Program-made: the position numbers and the translations under genes
Shown here: in pieces, positions 62,093 through 64,000 of the stretch
Layout: every line of letters begins with the position of its first letter
Numbering within the stretch: the first letter of the stretch is position 1
Notes under the pieces: generated by a model
What the model was told of the DNA's origin: nothing
Database searches by the model: none
What the model saw: only the letters and a program-made list of their open reading frames with translations
NCBI GenBank assembly: GCA_965226885.1
Contig: CBDDEL010000016.1
Span: forward strand, 608,001-672,000
DNA from: Opitutales bacterium
GTDB lineage: Bacteria; Verrucomicrobiota; Verrucomicrobiia; Opitutales; UBA2987
Direction: 5' to 3'
Length of the DNA: 64,000 bases

Positions 62093-63933
62093 GAGGCTGT
62101 CCCAAAAATATAAAGATTTTATAGTCAACTGGATGACGTTGATAAAAAGAGCCGGAAAGAGCAAGTTTTTGCTCGATCCGGCCAAAAAAGGGTTCTATAA
62201 TTGAGTTAGCGAAAATCAATATAGCCCTTTCTATGAAAAATATAGCCATCCAATGCCTCCTGCGTCCAGCTTTAACTGTGGTCGACCGGTGCCTCGATTA
62301 CGATAACTTCCGCGCCACCATTGATCGAATCGATCGGCTGCTGATCGACTCGGAGGTGGAATCGCAGGCCATTGAGCTGGCCTTGGAGGGGTGGCCGCCA
62401 ATGGGTCTAAAGGCCCGGCGGCAGCGGGCCAGTTTTGCCATCAAGGCACTGCGCATGGATACGCTGGGCCGTCTGCTCGGAGGGATTTCGTTTCGGCATT
62501 TGTCGCGGGCTCTGGGCAGCAGCGATCTGTTGGCCGACTTTTGCCGTGTCCGGCAGATCGATGGCATCAGGGGCATCTCCAAAAGCACCCTGGAGCGGGC
62601 CTCGAAGTTTTTCAGCGAAGAGCAGTTGAGGGCCTTGCACCGGACCTTGACTGAGGTGGTGGGCGATGCCCTTCTGGCCCGGCAGGTGGGATTGGACAAG
62701 CCGATTGACACCACCATTTGCCTGATCGACGGCACCTGTTTGGAGGCTAACATTCATTGGCCGACGGACTGGGTATTACTCAAGGATGTAGCCGGCACGT
62801 TGCTCAAAGCGATCCGGCTGATCCGCGAGAAGGCCGGTTTGCGCCATCGCATGCCGATCGAACCGGAGCCCTTGGCTCGGCAGATGAATCGGCTGTGCAT
62901 ACAGATGACCCACAGCCGGCGGCGAAAGGACAGCGCGCGGCAGCGCAAGGGTATCTTGAGGCAGATGAAAAAGCTGCTCAAACGGATCGGGGAGCATGCC
63001 CGCAGTCACCGGGAATTATTGCAAGCCTGCTGGGAGCAAAGCGATTACAGCGAAAAACAGGTCCAACAGATCCTCGCCCGGATGGAGCGCATGAGCGAGC
63101 AAATCCCGGTGGTCATCAAACAGGCGCACGAGCGGATCATTGGCGGCCGCCAGGTGAAAAACGCAGAGAAAGTCTTGAGTGTTTACGAACTCGATGGGCA
63201 GGTGATTGTGCGAGGTAAAGCGGGCCAAGAGGTCGAGTTCGGCAACACCCTGTTTTTGGGAGAAAGCGTTGAAGGGTACCTGCTGGACTGGAAACTCTAC
63301 GGCAGCCGAACTCCAAGCGAAAATGAACAAATGCAAGAGAGTTTGCAAAGACAGAACCGCTTCAACCTGGAAGAACCCATAGCGGCCATGTGCGCGGACC
63401 GGGGATTTGCCTCCCAGCGGGCCCGCCGGCAGTTAGCCCAGGAGGGAATCTACGACGCGCTCTGTCCACGCGATCCGAAGCAGTTGAAAAAACGGATGGA
63501 GGAACCACTGTTCAGACAATTGCAAAAGCGCCGGGCCAGCACCGAAGGGCGGATCGGGGTATTGAAGAATCGCTGGCAGGCCGGGCGGTTGCGCAGCAAA
63601 GGCTTTGCCAACCGCTCGATCAGCGTAGCCTGGTCGGTACTCTCGCACAACCCCTGGTCGGTACTCTCGCACAACCTATGGAAAGTAGCCAAGATGCTGG
63701 CCCAGCAAGACGAACTAAAAACCAAAGCGGCGGCCTAGAGAGCGGAAAAGCAAGGACAATACTTTTTCACAGCCTTACTGTCGGCTCATACAAAGAAAAT
63801 CAGGCAACCGGACCCCAAAACCAGTATCCTAACGTCATAGGAGAGCAAAGTTGATACTCTCCCAAATGCAAATACCTCTAAAATGAGCGCCTATCAAAAG
63901 CCCTCGCAAAAATCACCCTTTTGGGACAGCCTC
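62093..63933 (+). mobile_element. IS5/ISNCY-like insertion sequence, copy 2
   Basis: Same IRs as copy 1. TSD TAATGTA (62086-62092, 63934-63940). Confidence 0.92.
62233..63738 (+). CDS. DDE transposase with an 8-aa tandem duplication near the C-terminus
   Basis: Near-identical to 5324-6805, with extra PWSVLSHN. Confidence 0.88.
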   Translation: MKNIAIQCLLRPALTVVDRCLDYDNFRATIDRIDRLLIDSEVESQAIELALEGWPPMGLKARRQRASFAIKALRMDTLGRLLGGISFRHLSRALGSSDLLADFCRVRQIDGIRGISKSTLERASKFFSEEQLRALHRTLTEVVGDALLARQVGLDKPIDTTICLIDGTCLEANIHWPTDWVLLKDVAGTLLKAIRLIREKAGLRHRMPIEPEPLARQMNRLCIQMTHSRRRKDSARQRKGILRQMKKLLKRIGEHARSHRELLQACWEQSDYSEKQVQQILARMERMSEQIPVVIKQAHERIIGGRQVKNAEKVLSVYELDGQVIVRGKAGQEVEFGNTLFLGESVEGYLLDWKLYGSRTPSENEQMQESLQRQNRFNLEEPIAAMCADRGFASQRARRQLAQEGIYDALCPRDPKQLKKRMEEPLFRQLQKRRASTEGRIGVLKNRWQAGRLRSKGFANRSISVAWSVLSHNPWSVLSHNLWKVAKMLAQQDELKTKAAA

Positions 63934-64000
63934 TAATGTAGCACAGTTTTAAGCAAAGTAATCAGTAAGCTCTCTTTTTCTTCCCATCCTGCATCTGCAG

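Overview
Bacterial chromosome segment, most consistent with Verrucomicrobiota/Opitutae. This placement is inferred from the lpxC-fabZ fusion, the short NuoG and a Trp-rich C-terminal domain. Intact core blocks are lpxA/lpxC-fabZ/efp/thymidine-phosphorylase-like/argS (8.5-14.8 kb), tRNA-Cys/parA/rnc/mfd/SurA-like/radC (30.2-37.3 kb) and PP2C/DinG/nuoN-B (45-62 kb). They alternate with two decayed accessory blocks (1-7.5 kb and 15.5-30.1 kb) rich in IS3, IS1, IS1380 and IS5/ISNCY-like elements and in pseudogenes. The main structural result is a 30-bp copy of the tRNA-Cys 3' end (att-like) at 7483-7512 that is inverted relative to the tRNA. This suggests both accessory blocks are one tRNA-Cys island split by an inversion breaking at a nested IS stack (15545-19167). 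Other notable items: a thymidine-phosphorylase homologue with a rewritten active site, an Arg-type EF-P with a TQGRQ loop, a diverged duplicate of a segment near the argS 3' end flanking a Fic remnant, a three-copy hairpin element with a compensatory change, many exact short tandem duplications, and heptamer/nonamer repeat scars between core genes. I found no CRISPR array, integrase, reverse transcriptase or complete novel multi-gene system.
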